The notes beneath the pieces are model-generated. The model saw nothing but the letters and a program-made list of their open reading frames with translations, had not been told where the DNA came from and did not search any database. From the IMG/VR virus record IMGVR_UViG_3300042154_002208: a DNA stretch of 64,000 nucleotides; one strand, written 5' to 3'. Positions within the stretch are counted from its first letter, which is position 1. Every line of letters begins with the position of its first letter. Both the position numbers and the translations under genes were made by a program. Shown here one piece after another: positions 1 to 9,909 of this stretch. Source of the stretch: a virus (lineage: Duplodnaviria > Caudoviricetes).

Positions 1-45
1 ATTGCAATTGATTCAAACATAGCAAACGTATTAAGAAAAGTATAA
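1..45 (+). CDS. C-terminal end of a CDS entering from the left
   Basis: Frame 1 reads IAIDSNIANVLRKV-stop, ending 1 nt before the next ATG. Confidence 0.5.
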   Translation: MAIDSNIANVLRKV

Positions 46-46
46 A

Positions 47-601
47 ATGGGAAAATTTGTAGATTCCATTATTGCATATAGAATTCTAAAACTCTTGGTC
101 ACACCATTTGATCAAACAGATGCTTATAAATTAGGTATCATTGATGCAAAGGGCAAAGAGTTAAAAAGAATGCAAGAATTAAATTCAGTTAATGAAAGAG
201 ATGCATATACTTTATTGCATCGATTGGTCTTTAGATTAAAGAAAATCATTGAAAAAGTGCCTATAGATAACAAAAAATTGCTATCTTTAGCTGCAGCTTA
301 TGCTCTTATCAAAGAGAATTTGGATCAAAATAATGAGCCAATTGACCTAGAAACACAGTATATAAATAAATTAAACGAGGAATTACAATCTGAAGTAATG
401 ATTGTTGAAGAGTTCCTGTATGAGAAAAAATTGTTTACATTTAAGCAATTTAGTGAAGAAGGCGAGGGAATGGCGGCAGCAGCACCTGCAAACAATGCCG
501 CAGTTACTTCAGGTATAAAGGGTTTGACCGGCGAACCACCTGTTAGCAAAAAAGCGCAGAAACGTTGGACAAATAAGAACAGTATTATTAGGAGAAAATA
601 A
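47..601 (+). CDS. Conserved hypothetical protein of T4-like phages
   Basis: 184 aa ORF; N-terminal YRILKLLVTPF..TDAYKLGIID motif recalled from T4-like phage proteins upstream of primase. Confidence 0.75.
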   Translation: MGKFVDSIIAYRILKLLVTPFDQTDAYKLGIIDAKGKELKRMQELNSVNERDAYTLLHRLVFRLKKIIEKVPIDNKKLLSLAAAYALIKENLDQNNEPIDLETQYINKLNEELQSEVMIVEEFLYEKKLFTFKQFSEEGEGMAAAAPANNAAVTSGIKGLTGEPPVSKKAQKRWTNKNSIIRRK

Positions 602-897
602 TGGAAATATTTTTAGGGTTAGCCGCACTAGTTGCAATTTTATATTATGGTTACTTGAGATTTTTCAAGACTGACACTACTGATTTGAAAGAACCAGCGG
701 TTGTCGCAGATACACCAGTAGAACCAGCTGCACCTGTTGTGGAAGCCGCACCTGAACCTGTTGCAGAAAAAGCACCTGAGCCTGTTGTGGAAGCCGTACC
801 TGAACCTGTTGCAGAAGTCGCACCTGAGCCAGTAGCAGTTGCACAAACTGTTGCCAGAGTGAAATCTTCTACTCCAAGAGCTAAGAAGAAAAAATAA
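601..897 (+). CDS. Membrane-anchored Pro/Glu/Val-rich protein
   Basis: N-terminal hydrophobic helix, 8-aa repeats, basic tail; start overlaps the previous stop. Confidence 0.75.
   Translation: MEIFLGLAALVAILYYGYLRFFKTDTTDLKEPAVVADTPVEPAAPVVEAAPEPVAEKAPEPVVEAVPEPVAEVAPEPVAVAQTVARVKSSTPRAKKKK
742..837 (+). repeat. Four degenerate 24-bp coding repeats
   Basis: Encode EAAPEPVA/EKAPEPVV/EAVPEPVA/EVAPEPVA. Confidence 0.85.
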
Positions 898-1202
898 TGG
901 CTACTTCGCAAGAACGAATCGGAGTCTTAGAGACCCGAGTTGAGGGTATCAATGAAAAAATGGATACCTTAAAAGCTGATGTTAAAGAGATGCACGATTG
1001 TTTGGATAAAACACGTGACGATCTGAGCGCTAAACTCGATAAGATGTACGATGCTTCTTGCTCTCAGCATAACGCGCTAAACGACAAAATCGAATCTATT
1101 GAAAAAATAAAAGATAAATGGACTTATATGGCATGGGGCGGATTGGCCGTAATTGGCTTCCTATCTGGCCATATTGATAAGATTCAAACACTTTTTAATT
1201 GA
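897..1202 (+). CDS. Coiled-coil protein with C-terminal TM helix (holin/XhlA-like candidate)
   Basis: Heptad pattern followed by WTYMAWGGLAVIGFL. Confidence 0.6.
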   Translation: MATSQERIGVLETRVEGINEKMDTLKADVKEMHDCLDKTRDDLSAKLDKMYDASCSQHNALNDKIESIEKIKDKWTYMAWGGLAVIGFLSGHIDKIQTLFN

Positions 1203-1227
1203 CCTTATAGCCTAGCTATATTATAAT
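1199..1227 (+). promoter_or_regulatory. Sigma70 promoter of primase
   Basis: TTGACC-17 bp-TATAAT. Confidence 0.75.
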
Positions 1228-1249
1228 AAGGCTCTCCTGGAGCCTTTTT

Positions 1250-2266
1250 ATGTCTTTATTCGTTGATCTTAAATATCTTAAACTAATCAGTAATCGTTTG
1301 CCGTTGTTCAAACAAAAGAACGACCGGTTATACAATTGCCGATGTGTTATCTGCGGTGATTCTTCAGTTAAGAAGAATAAAACGCGTGGTTACTTTTATG
1401 CGGTAAAAAATGAATTGTTTTACAAGTGTCACAACTGTAATGTTTCAATGCATTTTGGTACATTCTTAAAACAATTGGATTCATTGCAGTACAGCCAATA
1501 TGTCTTAGAGCGTTATAGCGAAGGCATGCCAATGAATAAGCCACACCAAAAGGCCGAGCCTGCATTTAAAATGGCAGCACCTGTATTTGAAAAGAAAAAC
1601 ATTCTTGATGAATTGCTTGATCGTTTAGATAAATTGCCGGATGATAATGAGGCAGTTAAATTTTGCCTTGATAGAAAAATCCCAAGAGAAAAGTTTGATG
1701 GATTATATTATATCGATGACATTAGAAAGATAGAACAATTATCTGACAAGTACAAAGGCACATTAAAGACTGATGAGCCCAGGCTTGTTATTCCTTTTTA
1801 TGATGCTGAAGGTGTGTTAACCGGTGTTACTTGTAGAGCATTGCGAGGCGAATCATTGCGCTATGTTACTATTAAGATATCGGAAGACCGACCATTTATA
1901 TTTGGTCTAGATAAAGTTAATCGTAATAAAAAGATATATGTGGTTGAAGGCCCTATTGATAGTTTGTTCATTGACAATTGTATTGCTGTTGCAGGTACTG
2001 CATTTGGTAAACTTGATACGTTGGGCATACCAAAAGACAAATTGGTTGTTATATTTGATAATCAACCTAGAAACAAAGAAGTCTCAAAAATTATAGACAA
2101 AGCTGTGAATAGCAATTATAATGTTGTTATCTGGCCACAAACTCTACAAGAAAAAGATATTAACGATATGATACTAGCGGATAAAGACCCAGCAAAGATT
2201 ATTTCGAAGAACATATATAATGGTCTAGAAGCAAAGATGAAATTTACTGCATGGAAAAGGTGTTAA
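1250..2266 (+). CDS. gp61: DNA primase, T4 gp61 family
   Basis: Zn ribbon CxxC...CHNC and TOPRIM motifs VVEGPIDSLF, FDN and KDIND. Confidence 0.95.
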   Translation: MSLFVDLKYLKLISNRLPLFKQKNDRLYNCRCVICGDSSVKKNKTRGYFYAVKNELFYKCHNCNVSMHFGTFLKQLDSLQYSQYVLERYSEGMPMNKPHQKAEPAFKMAAPVFEKKNILDELLDRLDKLPDDNEAVKFCLDRKIPREKFDGLYYIDDIRKIEQLSDKYKGTLKTDEPRLVIPFYDAEGVLTGVTCRALRGESLRYVTIKISEDRPFIFGLDKVNRNKKIYVVEGPIDSLFIDNCIAVAGTAFGKLDTLGIPKDKLVVIFDNQPRNKEVSKIIDKAVNSNYNVVIWPQTLQEKDINDMILADKDPAKIISKNIYNGLEAKMKFTAWKRC

Positions 2267-2267
2267 G

Positions 2268-2957
2268 ATGAAGGTGAAATTGATTAGTTACAGCAAGCCC
2301 ACACGTGAGTTAGTGTCCGACGGCTTGTATGATGCACAGGACCTAGTAGCGTTTTGTGCGAGAGTTTCAAATCCCGCAAACCAATATAACACAGAAACAT
2401 CTGAGAAGTTGATTAAGTATTTGATTAAGCATCAACATTGGTCACCTCTTGAAATGGTTTCTGCCTGTGTTGAGATTGAAACTACAAGAGACATTGCCAG
2501 ACAAATTCTTCGTCATAGAAGTTTTTCCTTTCAAGAATTTAGTCAACGATATGCGGATCCTACACAGGATTTAGATTTTGTTATTCGTGAAGCACGTTTA
2601 CAAGATACAAAGAATCGTCAAAATTCTGTTGAGATAGATTTACAAAATGATGAACAACGGCAAATTGCTTATCAGTGGCAGAATCTACAACGAGATCTTA
2701 TTAACAAGACTAGAGACATATATACTTGGGCTGTTTCTAAAGGCATTGCCAAAGAACAAGCCAGAGCAGTGCTTCCCGAAGGATTGACAGTAAGTAGACT
2801 TTATATGAATGGAACCTTAAGAAGTTGGATCCACTATATAATACTAAGAGCCGACAATGGAACTCAGAAAGAACATGCTGAGATTGCCCTGGCTTGTGCT
2901 GAAGTGATCGCGGAAATATTCCCAATGACTAAGGACTTGATAAATGAACCCAAGTGA
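2268..2957 (+). CDS. thyX: Flavin-dependent thymidylate synthase
   Basis: HWSPLE and RHRSFSFQEFSQRY ThyX motif. Confidence 0.95.
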   Translation: MKVKLISYSKPTRELVSDGLYDAQDLVAFCARVSNPANQYNTETSEKLIKYLIKHQHWSPLEMVSACVEIETTRDIARQILRHRSFSFQEFSQRYADPTQDLDFVIREARLQDTKNRQNSVEIDLQNDEQRQIAYQWQNLQRDLINKTRDIYTWAVSKGIAKEQARAVLPEGLTVSRLYMNGTLRSWIHYIILRADNGTQKEHAEIALACAEVIAEIFPMTKDLINEPK

Positions 2958-2981
2958 TAATTACAACCTTCCCAAATAAAA

Positions 2982-3428
2982 ATGTGGTATCTATCTCTAT
3001 TACCTAGTATTGTCTTTCATGCTATATTGGCAGCAGGATTGTTGTTTATACTTGTTAGCATGGTGCTCAAGGTAGTGCCATTCATAAGTACATACTACAT
3101 ACCTATTCGCATTGCAGGCTTTGTGCTTTTTGTAGCGGGTGTATACTTTGAAGGCGGCCTTGGAATACAGGCAGAAATGATTAGTAGAATAAAAGAGATG
3201 GAAGCCAAAGTTGCCGCAGCTGAAGCTGAAAGCAAACAAGTGAACATTAAGATACAGGAAAAAGTAGTATACAAGCAACAGATAGTTCGTGAAAAAGGCG
3301 CAGAAGTTATAAAGTACATAGATAGAGAAATAGTCAAATATGATACTAAATTTGCTCCTGGCGGTATTTGTGAACTTCCCAAGGAATTTTTCATATCACA
3401 TAATGAAGCGGCAAAGGAACGTAGATGA
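2982..3428 (+). CDS. Putative inner-membrane spanin (Rz-like)
   Basis: N-terminal TM segments and a coiled coil; overlaps a lipoprotein gene. Confidence 0.55.
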   Translation: MWYLSLLPSIVFHAILAAGLLFILVSMVLKVVPFISTYYIPIRIAGFVLFVAGVYFEGGLGIQAEMISRIKEMEAKVAAAEAESKQVNIKIQEKVVYKQQIVREKGAEVIKYIDREIVKYDTKFAPGGICELPKEFFISHNEAAKERR

Positions 3429-3691
3429 AACTCCACATTGCTCTTTTATTGCTTATATCATTGACAGGATGTTCAACAACTGTCCCTGTTGTTGCAAAAT
3501 TTCCAGAAGTTCCTAAAGTGTTACTAACAAAATGTCCCAATCTACAAGAACTTAGTACAGATGCAAAACTAAGTGATGTGGCAAAAACAATTACGGTAAA
3601 TTATAGCTCATACTATGAATGCGCAGTTAAAATGGATGCGTGGATAGAATGGTATGGCGTACAAAAAATAATATATGAAGGAATAAAATGA
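3425..3691 (+). CDS. Lipoprotein, putative outer-membrane spanin (Rz1-like)
   Basis: Lipobox LTGC, Pro-rich mature part, 4-nt overlap with the upstream gene. Confidence 0.65.
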   Translation: MKLHIALLLLISLTGCSTTVPVVAKFPEVPKVLLTKCPNLQELSTDAKLSDVAKTITVNYSSYYECAVKMDAWIEWYGVQKIIYEGIK

Positions 3692-4050
3692 AAAAATTAT
3701 TAATTTTATTGAGTATTACTTTCCTATCAGGATGTAGTACAATCGGAGATTTACAAAAATATTGGCCCAGACCACACGATCCAATTATGTTTGGATATTT
3801 GGTCAGTACCGATATTGAAATAAACAAAGTTGATTGCGAAAAAAGCAATTGGTCAAATGTATTAATCTACACAGAACAATTGGTAAAATATACAGAATGG
3901 CGAAATGATCCGCAACAAGATAATATCAAGGGATTACACAGTCACGCAATAAAGATGAATAGCGGTGCAAGTAAAACCTTTTGTGAGTTAGGTAAAAAGA
4001 CAGCATCACAAAGAGTAAACGCAACAAGAAAATCCTGGGAGAAACGATAA
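3688..4050 (+). CDS. Lipoprotein of unknown function
   Basis: Basic N-terminus, hydrophobic stretch, lipobox LSGC. Confidence 0.7.
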   Translation: MKKLLILLSITFLSGCSTIGDLQKYWPRPHDPIMFGYLVSTDIEINKVDCEKSNWSNVLIYTEQLVKYTEWRNDPQQDNIKGLHSHAIKMNSGASKTFCELGKKTASQRVNATRKSWEKR

Positions 4051-4238
4051 TGCATCCATTAGAAGAAGAAATTAAATCAATAGTTGAAGAATTTTTAGCA
4101 GGTAAAATTACCTTAGAAGAAAAAACATATTTGCTACAAGAGATTCGAGATGTTCGTATAGCACAAGAATGCGCAGATGATGAAGAAAGAGTTAGAATCG
4201 TTGCACACGTGTGCAGCATGGCGCTAGCATTAAGTTAA
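4050..4238 (+). CDS. Hypothetical protein
   Basis: 62 aa ORF coupled to the previous stop. Confidence 0.65.
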   Translation: MHPLEEEIKSIVEEFLAGKITLEEKTYLLQEIRDVRIAQECADDEERVRIVAHVCSMALALS

Positions 4239-4258
4239 AATAAAAAATTGGAGTAAAG

Positions 4259-6070
4259 ATGACGCAAGAAATTGTGCATGGGATTAATGTCGATTATACT
4301 AGAGATAGTTTATTCGACGAGTTAGGTATTAAGAGATTAAAAGAAAGTTACATGAAAGAGGATGAAGTGTCTCCTCAGGAAAGGTTTGCCTATGTTTCCA
4401 AGACGTTCGGGACTAATGCAAAACATTCGCAAAGACTGTATGAATATAGCAGTAGACATTGGTTGTCATATTCTACTCCTATTCTCAGCTTTGGGCGTAG
4501 TAAGCGTGGCCTTCCTATATCATGTTTTTTACCTTATTTACATGATAGTGCTGAGGGGCTGGTTGATTGTCTCGCCGAAGTAAACTGGTTGTCCATGATG
4601 GGCGGAGGAGTGGGAATTGGTATTGGAATACGTTCATCGGATGATAAATCGGTTGGAGTCATGCCCCACCTTCGCACATATGACGCATCATCTCTCGCTT
4701 ATCGACAAGGTAGGACTCGTCGTGGTAGTTATGCCGCTTATCTTGATATTAGTCATCCGGATATTCTCATATTTCTAGAGATGAGAAAGCCAACGGGCGA
4801 TCCCAATATGCGTTGTTTAAATTTGCATCACGGTATCAATATCACCGATGACTTTATGCACCTAATCGAGCGCGCCATGATTGATCCCGAGATGGATGAT
4901 ACTTGGGAATTAAAAGATCCTCACAACGGCGAAGTCAAAGATAAAATATCGGCAAGAGAGTTATGGCAACGCATTTTAGATATGCGTATGCAAACAGGTG
5001 AGCCCTATTTACATTTTATTGACAGTAGCAATAGAGCTATGCCCGAGTTCCAAAAGAAGTTGGGACTCAGTATTAAGCAATCTAATTTGTGCAGTGAAAT
5101 TATTTTACCAACGGATAAAGATCGTACTGCGGTATGTTGCTTATCCTCTTTAAACTTGGAGTATTATGATGATTGGAAAGATGACAGACTTTTTCTTCGG
5201 GACGTTGCGGAGATGCTCGATAACGTCTTGCAGTATTTCATTGATAATGCTCCTGACAGCATATCACGCGCAAGATTTAGTGCTACTCGTGAACGGTCTA
5301 TTGGTATTGGTGCTCTCGGTTGGCACGCTCTACTACAAAAGAACAACCTCCCGTGGGAATCAGCGTCGGCAACAGGATTGAATCATAAGATATTTGCACA
5401 CATTCGTAAGGAACTAGATAATGCTAACATTCAGTTGGGTAAAGAACGAGGCGAAGCACCTGATGCGACAGGTACTGGACGCCGCTTCTCTCATATGCTT
5501 GCTATTGCTCCAAACGCTTCTTCTTCTATTATTATGGGTAATACTTCCCCTTCTATTGAGCCGCTTCGTGCGAACGCATATAGACAAGATACTTTATCGG
5601 GCTCAATGCTCAACAAAAACAAATGGTTGAATAGAGTTATTGAAAAACATCTTTCAGGTGAAGGTGATATAGTTAATCAAGATGATTACAATGAAATTTG
5701 GTCAAGCATTATTGCCAATGATGGTTCAGTACAACATTTGTCCTGGATGGATGACTGGACAAAGGATGTGTTTAAAACATCTATGGAAATTGACCAGCGT
5801 TGGGTAGTACAACATTCTGCAGACAGACAGCAATATATAGATCAAGCACAATCTGTTAATCTATTCTTTAGACCAGATAGCAATATTAAATATATTCATG
5901 CGGTTCACTTTCAAGCATGGAAACAAGGCCTAAAGACATTGTACTATTGCCGCAGTGAAAAGATTGGTAAAGCAGATAAGATATCAAAGAAAATAGAGCG
6001 ACAAGTCATGGAAGAGATTGACTTGAAAGCATTAGCAACCGAAGACATTTGTTTAGCTTGTGAAGGATAA
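4259..6070 (+). CDS. nrdA: Class I ribonucleotide reductase alpha subunit, short form without ATP cone
   Basis: PISCF, SNLCSEI, CCLSS, AIAPNASSS, KTLYY and C-terminal CLACEG. Confidence 0.97.
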   Translation: MTQEIVHGINVDYTRDSLFDELGIKRLKESYMKEDEVSPQERFAYVSKTFGTNAKHSQRLYEYSSRHWLSYSTPILSFGRSKRGLPISCFLPYLHDSAEGLVDCLAEVNWLSMMGGGVGIGIGIRSSDDKSVGVMPHLRTYDASSLAYRQGRTRRGSYAAYLDISHPDILIFLEMRKPTGDPNMRCLNLHHGINITDDFMHLIERAMIDPEMDDTWELKDPHNGEVKDKISARELWQRILDMRMQTGEPYLHFIDSSNRAMPEFQKKLGLSIKQSNLCSEIILPTDKDRTAVCCLSSLNLEYYDDWKDDRLFLRDVAEMLDNVLQYFIDNAPDSISRARFSATRERSIGIGALGWHALLQKNNLPWESASATGLNHKIFAHIRKELDNANIQLGKERGEAPDATGTGRRFSHMLAIAPNASSSIIMGNTSPSIEPLRANAYRQDTLSGSMLNKNKWLNRVIEKHLSGEGDIVNQDDYNEIWSSIIANDGSVQHLSWMDDWTKDVFKTSMEIDQRWVVQHSADRQQYIDQAQSVNLFFRPDSNIKYIHAVHFQAWKQGLKTLYYCRSEKIGKADKISKKIERQVMEEIDLKALATEDICLACEG

Positions 6071-6072
6071 AA

Positions 6073-6327
6073 ATGAAAAAAGTAATAAGATTTACAGCAT
6101 CATGGTGCCAACCATGTAAAGCAATGGCCAGTATACTTGAAGAAGTTAATACTACTATGAATATTCCTATTGAAGTTGTGGACATTGATGTGCATCAAGA
6201 AGTTGCAATTGAATTTGGAATTAGAAGTGTCCCTACACTTGTTAAGATAGATGAAAATGGTAATGTTGCTGGCAGACTAATAGGCGTTAGAGCAAAAAAT
6301 TTAGTAGAAGAGTTCCTCAATGATTAA
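6073..6327 (+). CDS. Thioredoxin
   Basis: FTASWCQPC active site, cis-Pro SVPT; lies between nrdA and nrdB. Confidence 0.92.
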   Translation: MKKVIRFTASWCQPCKAMASILEEVNTTMNIPIEVVDIDVHQEVAIEFGIRSVPTLVKIDENGNVAGRLIGVRAKNLVEEFLND

Positions 6328-7312
6328 AAAAACAAAATCCAATTTAATGGATACTAGAGACTCATTCAAACCCTTCAATTACCCTTGGGCATATGATGCA
6401 TGGTTGAAGCATGAGCAAAGTCATTGGTTACACACAGAAGTACCAATGGTAGAAGATGTTAAAGATTGGAAAAAGAAACTAAATGCAAACGAAAAACAAT
6501 TCCTCACGCATATTTTCCGCTTTTTTACACAGGGAGATATCGACGTTGCTGGCGGTTACGTCAACAATTACCTTCCTTATTTTCCTCAGCCAGAAGTACG
6601 CATGATGCTATTGGGCTTTGCAGCACGCGAAGCTCTACATATTGCAGCATACTCACATTTAATTGAGACATTGGGATTGCCCGAGACAATGTATAATGAG
6701 TTCTTAGCTTATGAAGAAATGAAAGCCAAGCATGATTATGTCTTAGATATATCACAACAAAACTCCACAAAAGAAAACACCGCAAAGCATATTGCTATCT
6801 TCTCAGCATTTACAGAAGGTATGCAACTGTTTAGTTCTTTTATTATGTTGTTGAATTTCCCTCGTCATGGCAAAATGAAGGGCATGGGACAAATTGTTAC
6901 TTGGTCTATTGTGGATGAAACTCAGCATTGTGAGTCTATGATTAAATTATTCAGGACATATATACAAGAGAATCCCGAGATTTGGAACGATGAACTCAAA
7001 GGTGAACTGTATACAATTGCTGAGCAAATGGTTCTACTCGAAGAACGCTTTATTGATTTGGCATTTGCAATGGGTCCTATGGAAAATTTAGACTCAGCCG
7101 ACGTTAAACAGTATATCCGTTATATTACTGATCGTAGACTTATTAGTCTTGGTCTTAAGGGTATTATGAAGGTTAAAAAGAATCCGCTACCTTGGGTTGA
7201 AGAAATGATTAATGCACCTATTCACACTAACTTCTTTGAGAATAGAGCAACCGATTATGCCAAAGCAGCACATACAGGTAACTGGGAAGATGTTTGGGCA
7301 AAACAAAAATGA
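6320..7312 (+). CDS. nrdB: Class Ia ribonucleotide reductase beta subunit
   Basis: Di-iron ligands QGD, EALH, EG and DETQH; radical Tyr in AAYSH; C-terminal NFFE..ATDY. Confidence 0.96.
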   Translation: MIKKTKSNLMDTRDSFKPFNYPWAYDAWLKHEQSHWLHTEVPMVEDVKDWKKKLNANEKQFLTHIFRFFTQGDIDVAGGYVNNYLPYFPQPEVRMMLLGFAAREALHIAAYSHLIETLGLPETMYNEFLAYEEMKAKHDYVLDISQQNSTKENTAKHIAIFSAFTEGMQLFSSFIMLLNFPRHGKMKGMGQIVTWSIVDETQHCESMIKLFRTYIQENPEIWNDELKGELYTIAEQMVLLEERFIDLAFAMGPMENLDSADVKQYIRYITDRRLISLGLKGIMKVKKNPLPWVEEMINAPIHTNFFENRATDYAKAAHTGNWEDVWAKQK

Positions 7313-7728
7313 AAACTTTTAAAGAACTAAAAGAAAAAAATGATAGTTTAGTAGAGGCAGTTAACAAAGGTTGCCCTATTGCTACTCATGATTTAGATAT
7401 TAATGTTAAAAATCGGCAAGAGGCTATAGACGATCATCATTATGGTCCTGCCAATCCAGATGAACCTGGAGACTATTGGAAAATTTCAGCTAAGCAATGG
7501 GGTATTAGTGAGAAAACAGCGCAGACCATGAGATGCAGTAACTGCGCTGCATTTAATATTACCGATGCAATGTATAAATGCATTGAAGATGGTATGGGCA
7601 AAGAAGCATTTGAAGCTGAAAAAACTAGAGAATCTGCAGATTTAGGATATTGTAACTTGTTACATTTTAAATGTGCTGGTACTAGAAGTTGCGAACTGTG
7701 GATAACAGGCGGCCCTATTATAAAATAA
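7309..7728 (+). CDS. Cys-rich protein, HiPIP-like Fe-S candidate
   Basis: ATGA overlap with the nrdB stop; CSNC, GYC and C..W pattern. Confidence 0.7.
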   Translation: MKTFKELKEKNDSLVEAVNKGCPIATHDLDINVKNRQEAIDDHHYGPANPDEPGDYWKISAKQWGISEKTAQTMRCSNCAAFNITDAMYKCIEDGMGKEAFEAEKTRESADLGYCNLLHFKCAGTRSCELWITGGPIIK

Positions 7729-7729
7729 A

Positions 7730-7906
7730 ATGAATAGTAATAAAGAAATAAGTTTCACATTAAAACGCAGAGAAATTTGTGATAAGTGTGAACATCTTAC
7801 TACTATCATTGGTGCTAAGGTGTGCAATAAATGTGGGTGCTCTATATGGGCAAAGACCATGATACCTATTGCGAAATGCCCCGAAGGAAAATGGGATGAA
7901 AATTGA
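7730..7906 (+). CDS. Small Cys-rich protein (DUF6171-like), 58 aa
   Basis: Hand translation: R.EICDKC...C.KCGC...K......CPEGKW; below the ORF-track length cutoff. Confidence 0.75.
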   Translation: MNSNKEISFTLKRREICDKCEHLTTIIGAKVCNKCGCSIWAKTMIPIAKCPEGKWDEN

Positions 7907-8534
7907 ATTAACTAATAATTTTTTCAACACTAATGGTTATTGGTCTAAACCCATTGATAAAATATTATATACACCTACGCCGGAAGATGTAGAACTGTTT
8001 GACCAAAATGGTTATGATCTAACTGAATTGGAAAAACATTATGCTTATAGTAATAGGCAAAAAGATAAAAAACATAGACCACATCGTTCAGCATTAAAAA
8101 AAGATTGGTTTACACAGTATCCTAAGATAGAAGGTGCAGTTCTAAACCATAGTTTATTATTTGAACGAAAAGGATATACAGGCGAAGCATTAACTGAACT
8201 AACATACTGGGCAAAACAATTACCATTAGTATATAAAGTCATATCATTGCGACCAAAATGGGGGTTAGATTTCTCTATGGATTATGTCGATAGAGAAGGC
8301 AATTGTTTTGAAATATTGCATTGGGAATATGATGGATTTGATTGTGAAGAAGTTCAAGCATGTAAGTTATTAGTACAAGCAGAATTTGCAACTATAGATT
8401 GGGATGATGCTGCTAAAGGAATACTTAAGCATAAAGATGAATGGCATCACTTAGACTTTTTTGCTCAAAGTGATTGGAAATGTAATTACTTCGGTGTACC
8501 TAAAGAAAGATTTAAAATGGTGATTTGGAAATGA
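7896..8534 (+). CDS. Hypothetical protein
   Basis: Long ORF; ATG at 7896 preferred over the upstream non-ATG start. Confidence 0.7.
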   Translation: MKIELTNNFFNTNGYWSKPIDKILYTPTPEDVELFDQNGYDLTELEKHYAYSNRQKDKKHRPHRSALKKDWFTQYPKIEGAVLNHSLLFERKGYTGEALTELTYWAKQLPLVYKVISLRPKWGLDFSMDYVDREGNCFEILHWEYDGFDCEEVQACKLLVQAEFATIDWDDAAKGILKHKDEWHHLDFFAQSDWKCNYFGVPKERFKMVIWK

Positions 8535-8995
8535 ATAAATTTGATTATGCTCATATGATTGTTGCGGAGACTTATGCTAAGTTATCATATGCTAACCGAT
8601 TACAGGTTGGTGCTGTTGTAGAAAAAGACAATAGAATTATATCTATTGGATACAACGGCACACCGGTTGGATGGGACAATACCTGTGAGGATACTTTTGA
8701 AGAGCATTCTACATATGTAATAGATATGGGTGGACCTGAGTATCCCATGATTACTACCCATACAAAAACAAAGCAAGAAGTTATTCATGCTGAAATGAAT
8801 GCTATTGGCAAGTTGGCTAAGTCAAATGAATCAGGTGCAGGTGCTACGATGTATATCACCCATGCACCATGCTTTGAATGTGCTAAACTTATACATATAG
8901 CAGGGATTAAAAAAGTGTTTTATCGCAATCAGTATAGAAGCGATGAAGGTATAAAATTTTTAAATAAGTGTAACATTGAAGTGGAGAAAATATGA
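8531..8995 (+). CDS. cd: dCMP deaminase
   Basis: GYNG, HAE and PCFEC zinc motifs. Confidence 0.93.
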   Translation: MNKFDYAHMIVAETYAKLSYANRLQVGAVVEKDNRIISIGYNGTPVGWDNTCEDTFEEHSTYVIDMGGPEYPMITTHTKTKQEVIHAEMNAIGKLAKSNESGAGATMYITHAPCFECAKLIHIAGIKKVFYRNQYRSDEGIKFLNKCNIEVEKI

Positions 8996-9486
8996 GTGCG
9001 AATAAAAAAATTGGAATTACGTGTTCCACATTTGATCTGTTCCATGCGGGTCATGTGATTATGTTGGAGGAAGCAAAGCGTCAATGCGATTATCTAATTG
9101 CTGCGATTCAGGTCGACCCCACAATAGATAGAAAATCTAAAAACAAACCTGTTCAGTCAATCATTGAGAGACAGATTCAGGTATCAGCATGCAAGCATGT
9201 GGATGAGATTATTGTTTATTCTACAGAAAAAGAACTTGAGGACATCTTTATGGCATTGCCAATTGATGTTAGAATCTTGGGTGAAGAATATAAAGATACA
9301 GACTACACCGGCAAAGACATTTGCATGAAAAGAGGAATAGAATTGCATTTCAATAAACGAGATCATTTCTTTAGTTCATCTGACCTGCGTCAAAGAGTGT
9401 TTGATATAGAAACAAAAAAGAGAGGATTGACATGGCAAGAAAACAACATCACGAATGTGTCGAATGTGATGCCGTCTTCAAGATAA
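8992..9486 (+). CDS. Cytidylyltransferase (TagD/RfaE-like)
   Basis: FDLFHAGH (HxGH) motif; ER..QV, G.EY and SSS.LR. Confidence 0.9.
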   Translation: MSANKKIGITCSTFDLFHAGHVIMLEEAKRQCDYLIAAIQVDPTIDRKSKNKPVQSIIERQIQVSACKHVDEIIVYSTEKELEDIFMALPIDVRILGEEYKDTDYTGKDICMKRGIELHFNKRDHFFSSSDLRQRVFDIETKKRGLTWQENNITNVSNVMPSSR

Positions 9487-9593
9487 ATTTTGATCTTGAC
9501 GAAGACTATTATAAAGTAGAGTTTTGTCCATTCTGCGGGTCGGCAATGGATGAAGACCAACAGGATGAGTACGAAGACGAAGACCTGTCCTAA
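9432..9593 (+). CDS. Small zinc-ribbon protein, 53 aa
   Basis: Hand translation: ECVEC...FCPFCG with acidic tail; AGAGG upstream. Confidence 0.7.
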   Translation: MARKQHHECVECDAVFKINFDLDEDYYKVEFCPFCGSAMDEDQQDEYEDEDLS

Positions 9594-9909
9594 GTGCAGC
9601 ACAGAACATACCAAACCAGGTAAGTTCTGTTCTCGCGCCTGTGCCAACTCCAGACAATGGAATGAAGAACAAAAGAAAGTCTTTTCAGAAAAACAAGCGG
9701 CATACATGGCACGCGAAGAATCTGAAGAGCATAGATATAAGAAATCTATACAAACCCAAATGCTGCAACGAGCCGGCATCATGGGAACCGGCGGATTAGT
9801 TGAAGACGCCGAAGATATAATGACAAATCCCGACGATTACTTCTTTGTTCCACCTAGGGATGATGGTGATAACTTTTCAGACGGAAACGACTATTGGGAA
9901 ACCGTATAA
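9565..9909 (+). CDS. Zinc-finger hypothetical protein
   Basis: CPKC...KFCSRACAN; no HNH domain follows. Confidence 0.65.
   Translation: MSTKTKTCPKCSTEHTKPGKFCSRACANSRQWNEEQKKVFSEKQAAYMAREESEEHRYKKSIQTQMLQRAGIMGTGGLVEDAEDIMTNPDDYFFVPPRDDGDNFSDGNDYWETV

Noticed and set aside
4259-7312. Introns or inteins in nrdA and nrdB
   Set aside because: Both ORFs are continuous and of compact length, with no intein motifs or interruptions
7697-7705. Single TGTGGATAA DnaA box
   Set aside because: It lies in coding sequence (LWIT), is isolated and is compatible with chance
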